Of a stretch of DNA of 32,000 nucleotides, positions 1 through 8,390 are shown piece by piece. The stretch comes from an archaeon (GTDB lineage: Archaea; Iainarchaeota; Iainarchaeia; Iainarchaeales; CSSED10-239), in contig DAOMZT010000002.1 in assembly GCA_035400625.1 (NCBI GenBank), positions 1 to 32,000 on the forward strand, in the 5' to 3' direction. Made by a program: the position numbers and the translations under genes. The first letter of the stretch is position 1. Each line of letters begins with the position of its first letter. Below the pieces are notes generated by a model that saw nothing but the letters and a program-made list of their open reading frames with translations, had not been told where the DNA came from and searched no databases.

Positions 1-2
1 AA

Positions 3-1151
3 GATGATTTTTATTCATCAGGCAATATTATACCAAAAGTTGAAGAATATCTAAGTGCAGGAAAAACAACAAACATAGCTTTGCCAACATATGTCTATGA
101 AAAAGGAACAACTGCCTTTGAAAATATAGAGTTTAGTAAGTTGAAAGGCAAGCCAACAATTTGGTATAACAGAAAAGTAATCTCTAGGTATTTTGATGGA
201 GAAACACCAATAGATGATAAGGTCTTACATCAAATATTAAATGCAAAAACAACAGAAGAAATAGAAGAGATTGCAAAAAAATATGATTACCATTCAATTG
301 ATGACACAAAAATACAGCTTTCGCAAACAGAAATAATTTTTGATAACACAATACATCTTCCTGGCTGGAAGGTATATTACAATGGAGACAGCACACTTGA
401 ATATGTTGCCTGCCCTTACACAGAAGAAATAACTGAGCAGGGCTGTGCAGAGAAGAAAAAGATACCTTTGTTAACAGTAGTTTCTTTAGCTCTTGTTGAT
501 GCTGTTAATCCTTGTGAGTTTGCTGTTTTGATAATGCTTCTTATAGCCATAATGACAGCAGATCCAAAAAACAAGAAAAAAACTCTTCATGCTGGTCTTG
601 CATTTACTGTTGCTATATTTTTATTGTATTTTATTTATGGTATTCTTTTAATTAATATATTTAAGTTGATACCAGCAATTGACACTATTAGAAATGTTGT
701 TTATACTGTAATTGCGGTGTTTGCAATCACTATCGGAGTATTTCAGCTAAGAGATTTTTTCTTTTATAGACCAGGCGGATTTTTAACAGAAATGCCATTG
801 TCATTTAGGCCAAAAGTTAAAAAACTAATAACTGGCATTACTTCTCCAAAAGGTGCGTTCTTTATAGGAGCTCTTGTTACTTTGTTTTTGATGCCTTGCA
901 CTATTGGGCCATATGTTATATTAGGCAATTTATTATCAACAGAGACAATTTTAGCAGCTCTTCCACAATTGCTATTATACAACATAATTTTTATACTTCC
1001 AATGCTTGCAATAACCTTGATTGTCTACTTTGGAGTAAGCAAAATACACGATGTAGCAGAATGGAAAGAGAAAAATACAAAGTATATGCATCTTATTGCA
1101 GGAATTATAATGATATTGATTGGACTTGGTATGTTATTTAGGTGGTTTTAG
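3..1151 (+). CDS. CcdA/DsbD-family thiol:disulfide transfer membrane protein with a soluble N-terminal extension; 5' end probably outside the window
   Basis: The frame is open from nt 3 (the ORF track starts it at TTG 81). The C-terminal ~215 aa are multi-TM and carry two Pro-Cys motifs typical of CcdA/DsbD transporters (VDAVNPCEFAV and LFLMPCTIGPY). The N-terminal part (KPTIWYNRKVI) weakly resembles the end of a thioredoxin fold. Confidence 0.6.
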   Translation, partial: DDFYSSGNIIPKVEEYLSAGKTTNIALPTYVYEKGTTAFENIEFSKLKGKPTIWYNRKVISRYFDGETPIDDKVLHQILNAKTTEEIEEIAKKYDYHSIDDTKIQLSQTEIIFDNTIHLPGWKVYYNGDSTLEYVACPYTEEITEQGCAEKKKIPLLTVVSLALVDAVNPCEFAVLIMLLIAIMTADPKNKKKTLHAGLAFTVAIFLLYFIYGILLINIFKLIPAIDTIRNVVYTVIAVFAITIGVFQLRDFFFYRPGGFLTEMPLSFRPKVKKLITGITSPKGAFFIGALVTLFLMPCTIGPYVILGNLLSTETILAALPQLLLYNIIFILPMLAITLIVYFGVSKIHDVAEWKEKNTKYMHLIAGIIMILIGLGMLFRWF

Positions 1152-1589
1152 ATGATTAAAGTAAAACGTTTGACAACAACAGCAAAGCTTCCTACAAAAG
1201 CACATGATAGCGATGCAGGTTTTGATATCTTTGCTGATGAGGATAAAGTAATCCAACCAATGTCACGAGAATCAATACACACTGGAATTGCTATTGAGCT
1301 TCCAGAGATACCTGAAAGCAATAAAGATGTATATCTACGAATTGCTCCTCGTTCAGGTCTTTCAGTAAAGTCAGGAATTGATATCTTTGCTGGCGTTGTT
1401 GACAGGGGCTACACAGGAGAAATTGTTGTTTGTATGTTTAATAGTTCAAAAGAAGAATTTAAAATAAACAAGGGCGACAAGATAGCACAGTTGATTCCTA
1501 CTCTTATACTTAAGGATAGCCTAATAGAAGTCTTTGAGCTTGAAGAAAGCAAAAGGGGAGATAAAGGCTTTGGAAGTTCAGGCAAATAA
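1152..1589 (+). CDS. dut: dUTP pyrophosphatase (trimeric dUTPase)
   Basis: Motifs DAGFDIFA, PRSGLSVK, GVVDRGYTGEI and C-terminal RGDKGFGSSG. The ATG directly follows the upstream stop (TAGATG). Confidence 0.9.
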   Translation: MIKVKRLTTTAKLPTKAHDSDAGFDIFADEDKVIQPMSRESIHTGIAIELPEIPESNKDVYLRIAPRSGLSVKSGIDIFAGVVDRGYTGEIVVCMFNSSKEEFKINKGDKIAQLIPTLILKDSLIEVFELEESKRGDKGFGSSGK

Positions 1590-1666
1590 ATAATATTTAT
1601 ATAACCTTTCATAGCTAATATTTATATAATAAACCTAGTTTGTTTTGTGATACCGAAAACAGCTCT

Positions 1667-1738
1667 GCAACTATAGTCTAGCGGTTAGGATCTCAGCCTT
1701 CCAAGCTGATGAGCCGGGTTCGAATCCCGGTAGTTGCA
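1667..1738 (+). tRNA. tRNA-Gly (anticodon UCC)
   Basis: 72-nt cloverleaf: acceptor GCAACTA/TAGTTGC, T arm CCGGG-TTCGAAT-CCCGG, anticodon loop CTTCCAA, discriminator A, no encoded CCA. TATA-like ATATTTATATA lies ~40 nt upstream. Confidence 0.9.
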
Positions 1739-1801
1739 TTCTTTTTTTATAAAAATAATTATTAAGTAACCTTTTAAAGAACTATCTTTTACTATTTGTA
1801 T

Positions 1802-2614
1802 ATGCTAAAAGGAAGATATTCAATTAGAAGGAGATTAGCACCAAAGCCAATAAGAGTAAGCAATACCGCATCTGTTAAAAAAATAAAAAATTTTATTGTT
1901 AAAAGACCAAATAAGAACCTACAAGTTACAAAGAATAAAAAATCTCCACTTAAAGTAGGCGATAGTGTTTTTATTAAAACAAGATATGGTAAAGGACTTG
2001 GCTATTCTAAATACGGAAAACAAGTAGTTAGAGAAAATCCAGGACTATTAAAAGCAGTATATGAGTTATCAAAAAGTAAAAAGCCGTTTTTAAAAGACCC
2101 AAAAGGCAGATTTAAAATTACAAGACTAAAACCAAAAGCAGGTCTAAACACTAATGTTTCTTATGTCTTAGATCTAAAAGGGAAAAAATACTTTATTAAA
2201 GAAGTTAATGATACAAGCATAGATAGAGACTATAGCTTTGATATTAAATATAGACATGGAAGAGATGGAGTAAGCGAACATAAGGGAATAGAATTACTTA
2301 AGCAAAAAGGAATAGATGTAATACCAGCACATGTATCCTATGTTGATCCAATAACTAAAAAAAGCTTTATTGTTTATGAATATACTCAACTTAGAACTCT
2401 TGAAGAACTATATAAAGCCGGAGATATAACTTCAATAAAATATAGAAACATAAAAAAACGAGTGGCAGATATAGAAAAAGAAATAAATCGTAATTTCCAT
2501 TCCTATGGATTAGGAGAATATAAACAAATATGGGATTTAGATACAGATAATGTTTTCTATAGTATGGGGAGAAATAGATTTTATATTTTTGATCCAATTT
2601 TATTAAAAAAATAA
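1802..2614 (+). CDS. hypothetical protein, family A paralog 1: basic N-terminal leader plus small protein-kinase-like core
   Basis: First ATG is at 1802 (the track starts at TTG 1796). Shares ordered motif blocks with ORFs 16272..17078 and 21610..22407: KKYFIKEV, GIDVIPAH, FIVYEYT, DLDTDNVF, FYIFDP. Confidence 0.6.
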   Translation: MLKGRYSIRRRLAPKPIRVSNTASVKKIKNFIVKRPNKNLQVTKNKKSPLKVGDSVFIKTRYGKGLGYSKYGKQVVRENPGLLKAVYELSKSKKPFLKDPKGRFKITRLKPKAGLNTNVSYVLDLKGKKYFIKEVNDTSIDRDYSFDIKYRHGRDGVSEHKGIELLKQKGIDVIPAHVSYVDPITKKSFIVYEYTQLRTLEELYKAGDITSIKYRNIKKRVADIEKEINRNFHSYGLGEYKQIWDLDTDNVFYSMGRNRFYIFDPILLKK

Positions 2615-2627
2615 GGGGGTAAAGAAA

Positions 2628-3050
2628 ATGACAAAAGGATGTATTTTTTGTAAAATTGCAAAAGGAAAAATGCCTTGCTATAAGGTATATGAGGATAAGA
2701 AAATTATTGCTTTTCTTGATGTCAATCCTATGGTTAAAGGACACACATTAGTAATACCTAAAAAACACCATGAGAATTTATTTGACTGTAAAGACAAGAT
2801 TTTAGAAAAAATGATTAAAGCAACACAAAAGATAGCAACACATTATAAGGAAAAACTAGGCTGTACAGGAGTAAACATCATGAATGCTTCAGGGAAATCA
2901 GCAGAACAATCAGTATTTCATATTCATTTTCATATAATACCAAGAATTGATGATGATGGTTATAAGGTGTGGCCAAACACAGGATATGTAAAAGAAGATC
3001 TTGAAAAATTAGCAAAAGTCTTGAAAATAGAAGATGATGAAAAAAAATAA
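2628..3050 (+). CDS. HIT-family (histidine triad) nucleotide hydrolase/transferase
   Basis: N-terminal CIFCKI...GHTLVIPKKH and the histidine triad HIHFHIIP. An SD-like GGGGGT lies upstream of the ATG. Confidence 0.85.
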   Translation: MTKGCIFCKIAKGKMPCYKVYEDKKIIAFLDVNPMVKGHTLVIPKKHHENLFDCKDKILEKMIKATQKIATHYKEKLGCTGVNIMNASGKSAEQSVFHIHFHIIPRIDDDGYKVWPNTGYVKEDLEKLAKVLKIEDDEKK

Positions 3051-4452
3051 AGAAATTATTCTGGTAATTGCTATAATTTTAGTTTTGGCATTACAGATAT
3101 GGATAGGAGAAAATATGAATAAAGCATCAAAAGGAAATATAAGAAAACCAGCAATGTCTGGAACATTTTATTTGGCTAATGCGGTTTCTTTAAGCTCTCA
3201 ACTTGAAGGTTTTTTTAATAACATAAATATAGAATATGACGGAGAAAAAACAAGGGCTTTTATCGCACCACATGCTGGCTACATTTATTCTGGGAAAACA
3301 GCAATGTTTGCTTACAAAGAGCTCTATATGGATCTTATTTTAAGAGAAGAAGATATTTTTAAAGTAATAATTCTTGCACCTGCACATACAGAATATACAG
3401 AAGGTATTGTTATTCCTAACTATGATTATTTTAGAACACCCTTAGGAGATGTCAAAGTCAATTCCACAAAGATAAAAGCAGAAATAAACGACTCACCACA
3501 TGAGCAAGAACATGCAATTGAGGTTCAGCTTCCTTTTTTACAATATATCTTTAAGAAAGCAAACAAAGAATTTACAATTGTTCCAATTATTGTAGGAGAT
3601 ATTAGTGCTGAAGAGGCAAAGGCCATAGCAAAAGACATAAACAAGGAAATTGAAGAACACACAATCATAATTGTCTCAAGCGATCTTTCACATTATAAGT
3701 CGCAAGAGAAGGCAAAAGAAACAGATAACAAAACTATACACAACATCTTGGACATAAATAATAATGAAAACCTTGACGCCTGTGGCTCTAATCCTATAAA
3801 AATATTAAAAGAAATTTCAAGATTAAGAAACTGGAATAGCCCTAAACTCCTAAACTACTCAACATCAGGAGATGTAACACTAGACAAGAAAGCAGTAGTT
3901 GGTTATGCGAGTATTTCTTTTACAGAAAAAAAAGAACATCTTTTATTAAGGCTTGCACACAGGACCATACAAAATGTTTTTGATGCAAGAACAGAGAACT
4001 TCTCCTGTTTAGAACAATCAGTTCCTAAGAGTTATCTTGAAAGAAAAGGAAGCTTTGTTACTTTGACAATAAATAAAAGACTAAGAGGCTGTATTGGAAA
4101 TATCACAAGCACAAAAACCGTCTTTCAGGGGATAATTGATAATGCCAAGTTTGCAGCTTTTGAAGATCCAAGATTTGATAGTTTAACAGAAAAGGAATTT
4201 GAGAAAGTAGATATTGAAATTTCTATTCTCTCAAAACCTGTTGATTGCTCTCTTTCTGATATAAAGAAAGGAGATGGTGTTATCATAAGACAAGGAGTAG
4301 CAAGTTCTGTTTATCTTCCGCAAGTCTGGGAACAATTGCCAGACAAAGAAACATTCCTATCAAGCCTTTGCGAGAAGGCAGGCCTTGACTGGAATTGCTA
4401 TAAAGAAAAAGAAACGAAATTTAAAAGATTTGAAGTAGAGATAATTGAATAA
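3034..4452 (+). CDS. Fusion protein: MEMO1-like (AmmeMemoRadiSam system protein B) N-domain plus AMMECR1 (protein A) C-domain
   Basis: MEMO-type start IRKPAMSGTFY, then FIAPHAGYIYSG, HEQEHAIEVQLPFLQ, SSDLSHY. The C-terminal half has GSFVTLT...LRGCIGN...DPRF...LPQVW, typical of AMMECR1. Start is ambiguous: ATG 3034 adds a TM-like segment and overlaps the HIT gene, whereas ATG 3115 is preceded by AGGAG. Confidence 0.8.
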   Translation: MMKKNKEIILVIAIILVLALQIWIGENMNKASKGNIRKPAMSGTFYLANAVSLSSQLEGFFNNINIEYDGEKTRAFIAPHAGYIYSGKTAMFAYKELYMDLILREEDIFKVIILAPAHTEYTEGIVIPNYDYFRTPLGDVKVNSTKIKAEINDSPHEQEHAIEVQLPFLQYIFKKANKEFTIVPIIVGDISAEEAKAIAKDINKEIEEHTIIIVSSDLSHYKSQEKAKETDNKTIHNILDINNNENLDACGSNPIKILKEISRLRNWNSPKLLNYSTSGDVTLDKKAVVGYASISFTEKKEHLLLRLAHRTIQNVFDARTENFSCLEQSVPKSYLERKGSFVTLTINKRLRGCIGNITSTKTVFQGIIDNAKFAAFEDPRFDSLTEKEFEKVDIEISILSKPVDCSLSDIKKGDGVIIRQGVASSVYLPQVWEQLPDKETFLSSLCEKAGLDWNCYKEKETKFKRFEVEIIE

Positions 4453-4543
4453 AAAGATTTTAGTCCTATTTCAAAAAAAAACTAATCAGAAATCTCCAAA
4501 CTAACAAGGCTTTTACCACCTTTCAAACGTGGGTTTTTAAAAG

Positions 4544-5569
4544 TTAATGTATGCTTACTATTTGATTTACACTATCCAATTGTGGGCTTTCAAAAGTTAG
4601 TGTTTCTTTATTAAATCTATATCCCTTTTTAGCATTTGGAATAAACCTAAATTTTAATCCGATTTTTTGATAATAATCTAATAAGGTATTTCTAACATAT
4701 TTTTTTTTAGAATTATGATTTTCACTGAGTCTTTTATTTAAGATTCGCACATATTCATCTAAATCAAAATCTGCAGATTTAGAATAATCAGACATAGATA
4801 ATGGATGTTTTGAATTTGCGACTTTTTGAGCTTTAATCTGTGCATTTCTTTCTACTCTCATTATATCTTCATAAATCATGCTTCTTAATTGAGTCATATT
4901 TTTTGCTTTAGACTTAAATCTATTTAAGTATTCTGCTGTTCTTTTAGTAAACATTATTCCTACCTTACCGGCTTCATGACCACTATCTTTATCAAGCACA
5001 GAAATTGCAGAAAAGTTTTTATCATATTTTAAATATTCGAAAAATAATACTGCTATATTTCCAGGAGTTGGTATTCCTTTTAATGGCTCGGCAGTTGTGT
5101 GTGCTCGCACTAATTTTGATCCTTTTTGTTGAATTGCATTTTTATGTAATTTATATTCTTTTAATTTGCTAATATCATAATATCTGTAATCTCCAGTCCC
5201 TGTTGTTCTTCTTAAAATGGTTGGTTCTCTAGACGCATATCTTGATATTTCTGTTTCTAGTTGTCTTTGTATTACATATTGTTTTTTTTGAATTGCTTTA
5301 TCTCTTGCTTTTAGTGTTTTTTGAATTGCTTTATCTCTTGCTTTTAGTGTTTTAGCTAGGGTCTTATAACCTTCTTCTGACATAGTTGAAGGCTTCTTTT
5401 TTCTTGATACTGTTTTTTCTCTAATTGCATTTAATAGTTTACGCACTTTTCCTGGCTTAGCAGTTGTAGATGATTTTTTTGGTCTAGTAATAGTTGGTTT
5501 CGCAGGTTTAGTTGTTGGTTTTTTTCTAAAAATTCTTCCAATCGGTTTTGTTAATTTTCTAATACGCAT
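4544..5569 (-). CDS. hypothetical protein, family B paralog 1 (basic N-terminal leader; motif-degenerate relative of ORF 8391..9473)
   Basis: Collinear similarity to ORF 8391..9473: KLVRAHTTAEP..PTPGN vs KLLAIHTHPG..PSFND, and C-terminal GLKFRFIPNAKKGYRFNKETLTFE vs GVEIHFQAEPGYKLNHETFHFE. Contains a duplicated KTLKARDKAIQ. Confidence 0.55.
   Translation of the reverse strand: MRIRKLTKPIGRIFRKKPTTKPAKPTITRPKKSSTTAKPGKVRKLLNAIREKTVSRKKKPSTMSEEGYKTLAKTLKARDKAIQKTLKARDKAIQKKQYVIQRQLETEISRYASREPTILRRTTGTGDYRYYDISKLKEYKLHKNAIQQKGSKLVRAHTTAEPLKGIPTPGNIAVLFFEYLKYDKNFSAISVLDKDSGHEAGKVGIMFTKRTAEYLNRFKSKAKNMTQLRSMIYEDIMRVERNAQIKAQKVANSKHPLSMSDYSKSADFDLDEYVRILNKRLSENHNSKKKYVRNTLLDYYQKIGLKFRFIPNAKKGYRFNKETLTFESPQLDSVNQIVSIH
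5288..5353. repeat. Perfect tandem duplication, 2 x 33 nt, inside CDS 4544..5569
   Basis: TTGAATTGCTTTATCTCTTGCTTTTAGTGTTTT at 5288..5320 is repeated exactly at 5321..5353. It is in frame and encodes KTLKARDKAIQ twice. Confidence 0.95.
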
Positions 5570-5582
5570 TTGTCTTCACCAT

Positions 5583-6965
5583 TTAAAGAAAATAAGGAAT
5601 GATATTTAGTAATATTAAAAATACTACTAAATATATAAAGAACCATTTTACTTTTTTCATTCTCTTCTTTTCATTATTCTTTTTATTTAAATAATTACAA
5701 AATATAATCTGGGCCATAAACCCACCATCGAAAGGAATTGTTGGAAGGAAGTTAGTTGTTGCAATCAAGAAATTTAATAATACTATCCATAAAATAACAT
5801 TTAATAATATTTTATAAAATGTATATTTTTTTGGAAGTTCAATGGTTTTATCAACCATTATATCTGCTGATATTCCAATATTTCCTAGTTCGTTTGTTGT
5901 TATATATTCTGTTCTAGTTATGTTGGTGTCTAGATTTCTAACAACAAACTCGTTTTCATAGTCTTTTTTAATGTTTTTTGTGAGATCGTTTCTTGTTTTT
6001 ATGGTGTTGCCATTAACAGATATAAGTAAATCGTTTTTAGCAAGCTTACCATAGGCAGGGTTATCAAAAGAAGAACCACACATCTCTGTTGTAGGGTTTA
6101 CTTGGCTTACAACAAGGCCAATCTCTCTTTGATTATTAATTGAGGTTGTGTAGTTTGTAATTGGTGTGGAAATCAATAAGTAGATTATAACAAAAATAAT
6201 TGCAACAACAAGGTTACTTGTTGGTCCTGCAGAATACATTTTTAGTTTATTTTTATTATCTATTTTTTTGAATTTTTCTTCATCAGGTTCAACATACGCG
6301 CCTAATGGCAATATACCAAATAGTATTGCTCCAATAGACTTTAGTTTTATTTTTGAAACCCTAAGCATTATCCCATGGCTAAACTCATGAATAAATGCAG
6401 CAGGAATTAATATCAACCAGCCATACCATGGAATAGCAAAGTTTGTTTTTGGAACTTTTACTCCAGGAATAACAAGACCAATACCAGGGCAACCAACTTT
6501 TCCAACAAACAGCTTAGCAATAATATCATATGCTGAAAAAATCAAAGCACCTAAAATAAAACCAGACAATCCCATTAGTCCGGTTAAGAAAATTATTATA
6601 TAACTAATGAACTTTGGAATTAGAGGATTTCCGAAAAACAGCCCACCTGCCAATAAATAAGAAAGATAGGTTGTAACCAATAAAGATAAAATAAATATGA
6701 TAACTCTTTTTTTCTTTGTGACTTTTTCTTTAACCAGATAATCTATTCCAAAAGGCCCAAAGCCAACAGCAATACCAAAGATAGACAATGTATTTAATGC
6801 TTTTTTGTATTTCTCTGCTAGTCTGTTAACATGTTTAATTAGGGATTTTGTATCTACTAAAATAAAAACCCATAAAGTTGTTCTTTGCTTAAACACTAAT
6901 CTTGCAAAAGTTGCACAAAAAGCAGCAATAACAAAAACCAAAATTATCCACAAAGTAGTTGACAC
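5583..6965 (-). CDS. Site-2 protease family (M50) membrane metalloprotease with a PDZ-like insert
   Basis: Multi-TM protein with HEFSHG (HExxH) and a distal NFLPTIPFDGG (NxxPxxxxDG) motif. The central soluble segment is PDZ-like. Confidence 0.8.
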   Translation of the reverse strand: MSTTLWIILVFVIAAFCATFARLVFKQRTTLWVFILVDTKSLIKHVNRLAEKYKKALNTLSIFGIAVGFGPFGIDYLVKEKVTKKKRVIIFILSLLVTTYLSYLLAGGLFFGNPLIPKFISYIIIFLTGLMGLSGFILGALIFSAYDIIAKLFVGKVGCPGIGLVIPGVKVPKTNFAIPWYGWLILIPAAFIHEFSHGIMLRVSKIKLKSIGAILFGILPLGAYVEPDEEKFKKIDNKNKLKMYSAGPTSNLVVAIIFVIIYLLISTPITNYTTSINNQREIGLVVSQVNPTTEMCGSSFDNPAYGKLAKNDLLISVNGNTIKTRNDLTKNIKKDYENEFVVRNLDTNITRTEYITTNELGNIGISADIMVDKTIELPKKYTFYKILLNVILWIVLLNFLIATTNFLPTIPFDGGFMAQIIFCNYLNKKNNEKKRMKKVKWFFIYLVVFLILLNIIPYFL

Positions 6966-7065
6966 TATTTATCCCGTTCCTTTTATGTTTATTAATGATA
7001 TTATATTTAAAGTATATTATATTTATATTTGTTATGTTATTTAATATAATTGTTGAGGGGAAAAA

Positions 7066-8106
7066 ATGGGCGTAGCAATAGGTTCTTTGATTGAAGATTG
7101 TAAGAAGAAAATCGAACTATCTGATTTTAAAGGCAAGAAATTTGGGTTTGATGCTTATAATATGCTATTTCAGTTTGTAACAACAATCAGGGGAATAGAT
7201 GGCGAGCCCCTAAAGAACGAAAATGGAGAAATAACTAGCCATTATTCTGGGATTTTCTATAGAATTTCTAATGTTTTAAGTTTTGGTATTAAGCCAATCT
7301 TTGTTTATGATGGAAAAAGCCATGAACTAAAGGCAAAGACCAAGCAAGAGAGAAGAGAAAGAAGAGAATTGGCTAAGGAAAAACTAGAGAAAGCAATAGC
7401 AGAAGAAGACCTTGAAAATATCAATAAGCTTTCAAGACAAGCAGCAACCATTGATAATAAGATAATTGAAGAATCAAAAGAACTTCTTAATGCAATGGGG
7501 GTTCCTTGCTTTACTGCTCCAGGAGAAGCAGAAGCTCAGATTTCTTTTATGACTTCAACTGGCCAAACTGATTATTCTGTCTCTCAAGACTATGATTGTT
7601 TTTTGTTTGGCTCTCCTAACCTTATAAAAAACATTGGAGTAAGTGGGAAAAGAAAAGTGCCTTTTAAGAAAGTGTATGTTGATGTTTATCCTTATATTTT
7701 GGAAAGCGAGCGGATTTTTTCCAAACTAAACATCACAAGAGAAAAACTTATCTGGATGTCTTTGTTGATAGGGACTGACTTTAATGACAAGGTTGAGGGT
7801 GTTGGCCCAAAGACTGCTCTAAAGCTTGTTCGGGAGAATAGTAGCTTTGAAGACATCATCATACAACTAAAAGAAAAAAACAAAGAAATAAATTTTGATT
7901 ACAAAGAAATCATGGATATATTTCTAAAACCGGATATTGAAAAAAGTCCGATCTATGAAAAGCCAATTTTTGATAGGCAAAAGATAGAGCATATTTTAAT
8001 AGACAAAGCAAACTTTGATGAAAAGAGAATCAAAAATTATTTGAACGAATTTGAGAAAAAAAGAAACGAAGTAGATAAACAAAAAACACTAAATGATTGG
8101 TTTTAA
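7066..8106 (+). CDS. fen: Flap endonuclease 1 (FEN-1)
   Basis: MGV..L N-terminus, FDAYN, ITSHYSGIFYR, VYDG, PGEAEAQ, SQDYDCFLFG, H3TH region IGTDFN..GVGPKTALKL, and a C-terminal PIP box QKTLNDWF. SD-like GAGGGG lies upstream. Confidence 0.9.
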   Translation: MGVAIGSLIEDCKKKIELSDFKGKKFGFDAYNMLFQFVTTIRGIDGEPLKNENGEITSHYSGIFYRISNVLSFGIKPIFVYDGKSHELKAKTKQERRERRELAKEKLEKAIAEEDLENINKLSRQAATIDNKIIEESKELLNAMGVPCFTAPGEAEAQISFMTSTGQTDYSVSQDYDCFLFGSPNLIKNIGVSGKRKVPFKKVYVDVYPYILESERIFSKLNITREKLIWMSLLIGTDFNDKVEGVGPKTALKLVRENSSFEDIIIQLKEKNKEINFDYKEIMDIFLKPDIEKSPIYEKPIFDRQKIEHILIDKANFDEKRIKNYLNEFEKKRNEVDKQKTLNDWF

Positions 8107-8124
8107 AAAATAAAATAAGAAATA

Positions 8125-8277
8125 CTACTTAGCTCTTTTACCTTTCTTTTTTACTCTAATCTTTACAGATTTACATTTTCTACAAAAAAGTGGTTTTTTA
8201 GGCGATCTCATTGTTGCATTACATGCCATACAAACCCACATGTTCTTTAATCTTCTTTGTTTTGCTGCATCATCCAT
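8125..8277 (-). CDS. rpl40e: 50S ribosomal protein L40e (50 aa; below the ORF-track cutoff)
   Basis: My translation of the minus strand: MDDAAKQRRLKNMWVCMACNATMRSPKKPLFCRKCKSVKIRVKKKGKRAK. It has the CxxC...CxxC zinc-ribbon pattern followed by a basic tail, as in archaeal L40e. Confidence 0.7.
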   Translation of the reverse strand: MDDAAKQRRLKNMWVCMACNATMRSPKKPLFCRKCKSVKIRVKKKGKRAK

Positions 8278-8390
8278 ATTATTTAACACCTTTAATAATT
8301 TCTAAAAATATTATATAATATTTATGATAAATAAACTTTATAAATAGTAGTATCTTATCTAAAAGCCATAAAAAATTAAGAAGTGGCTAA

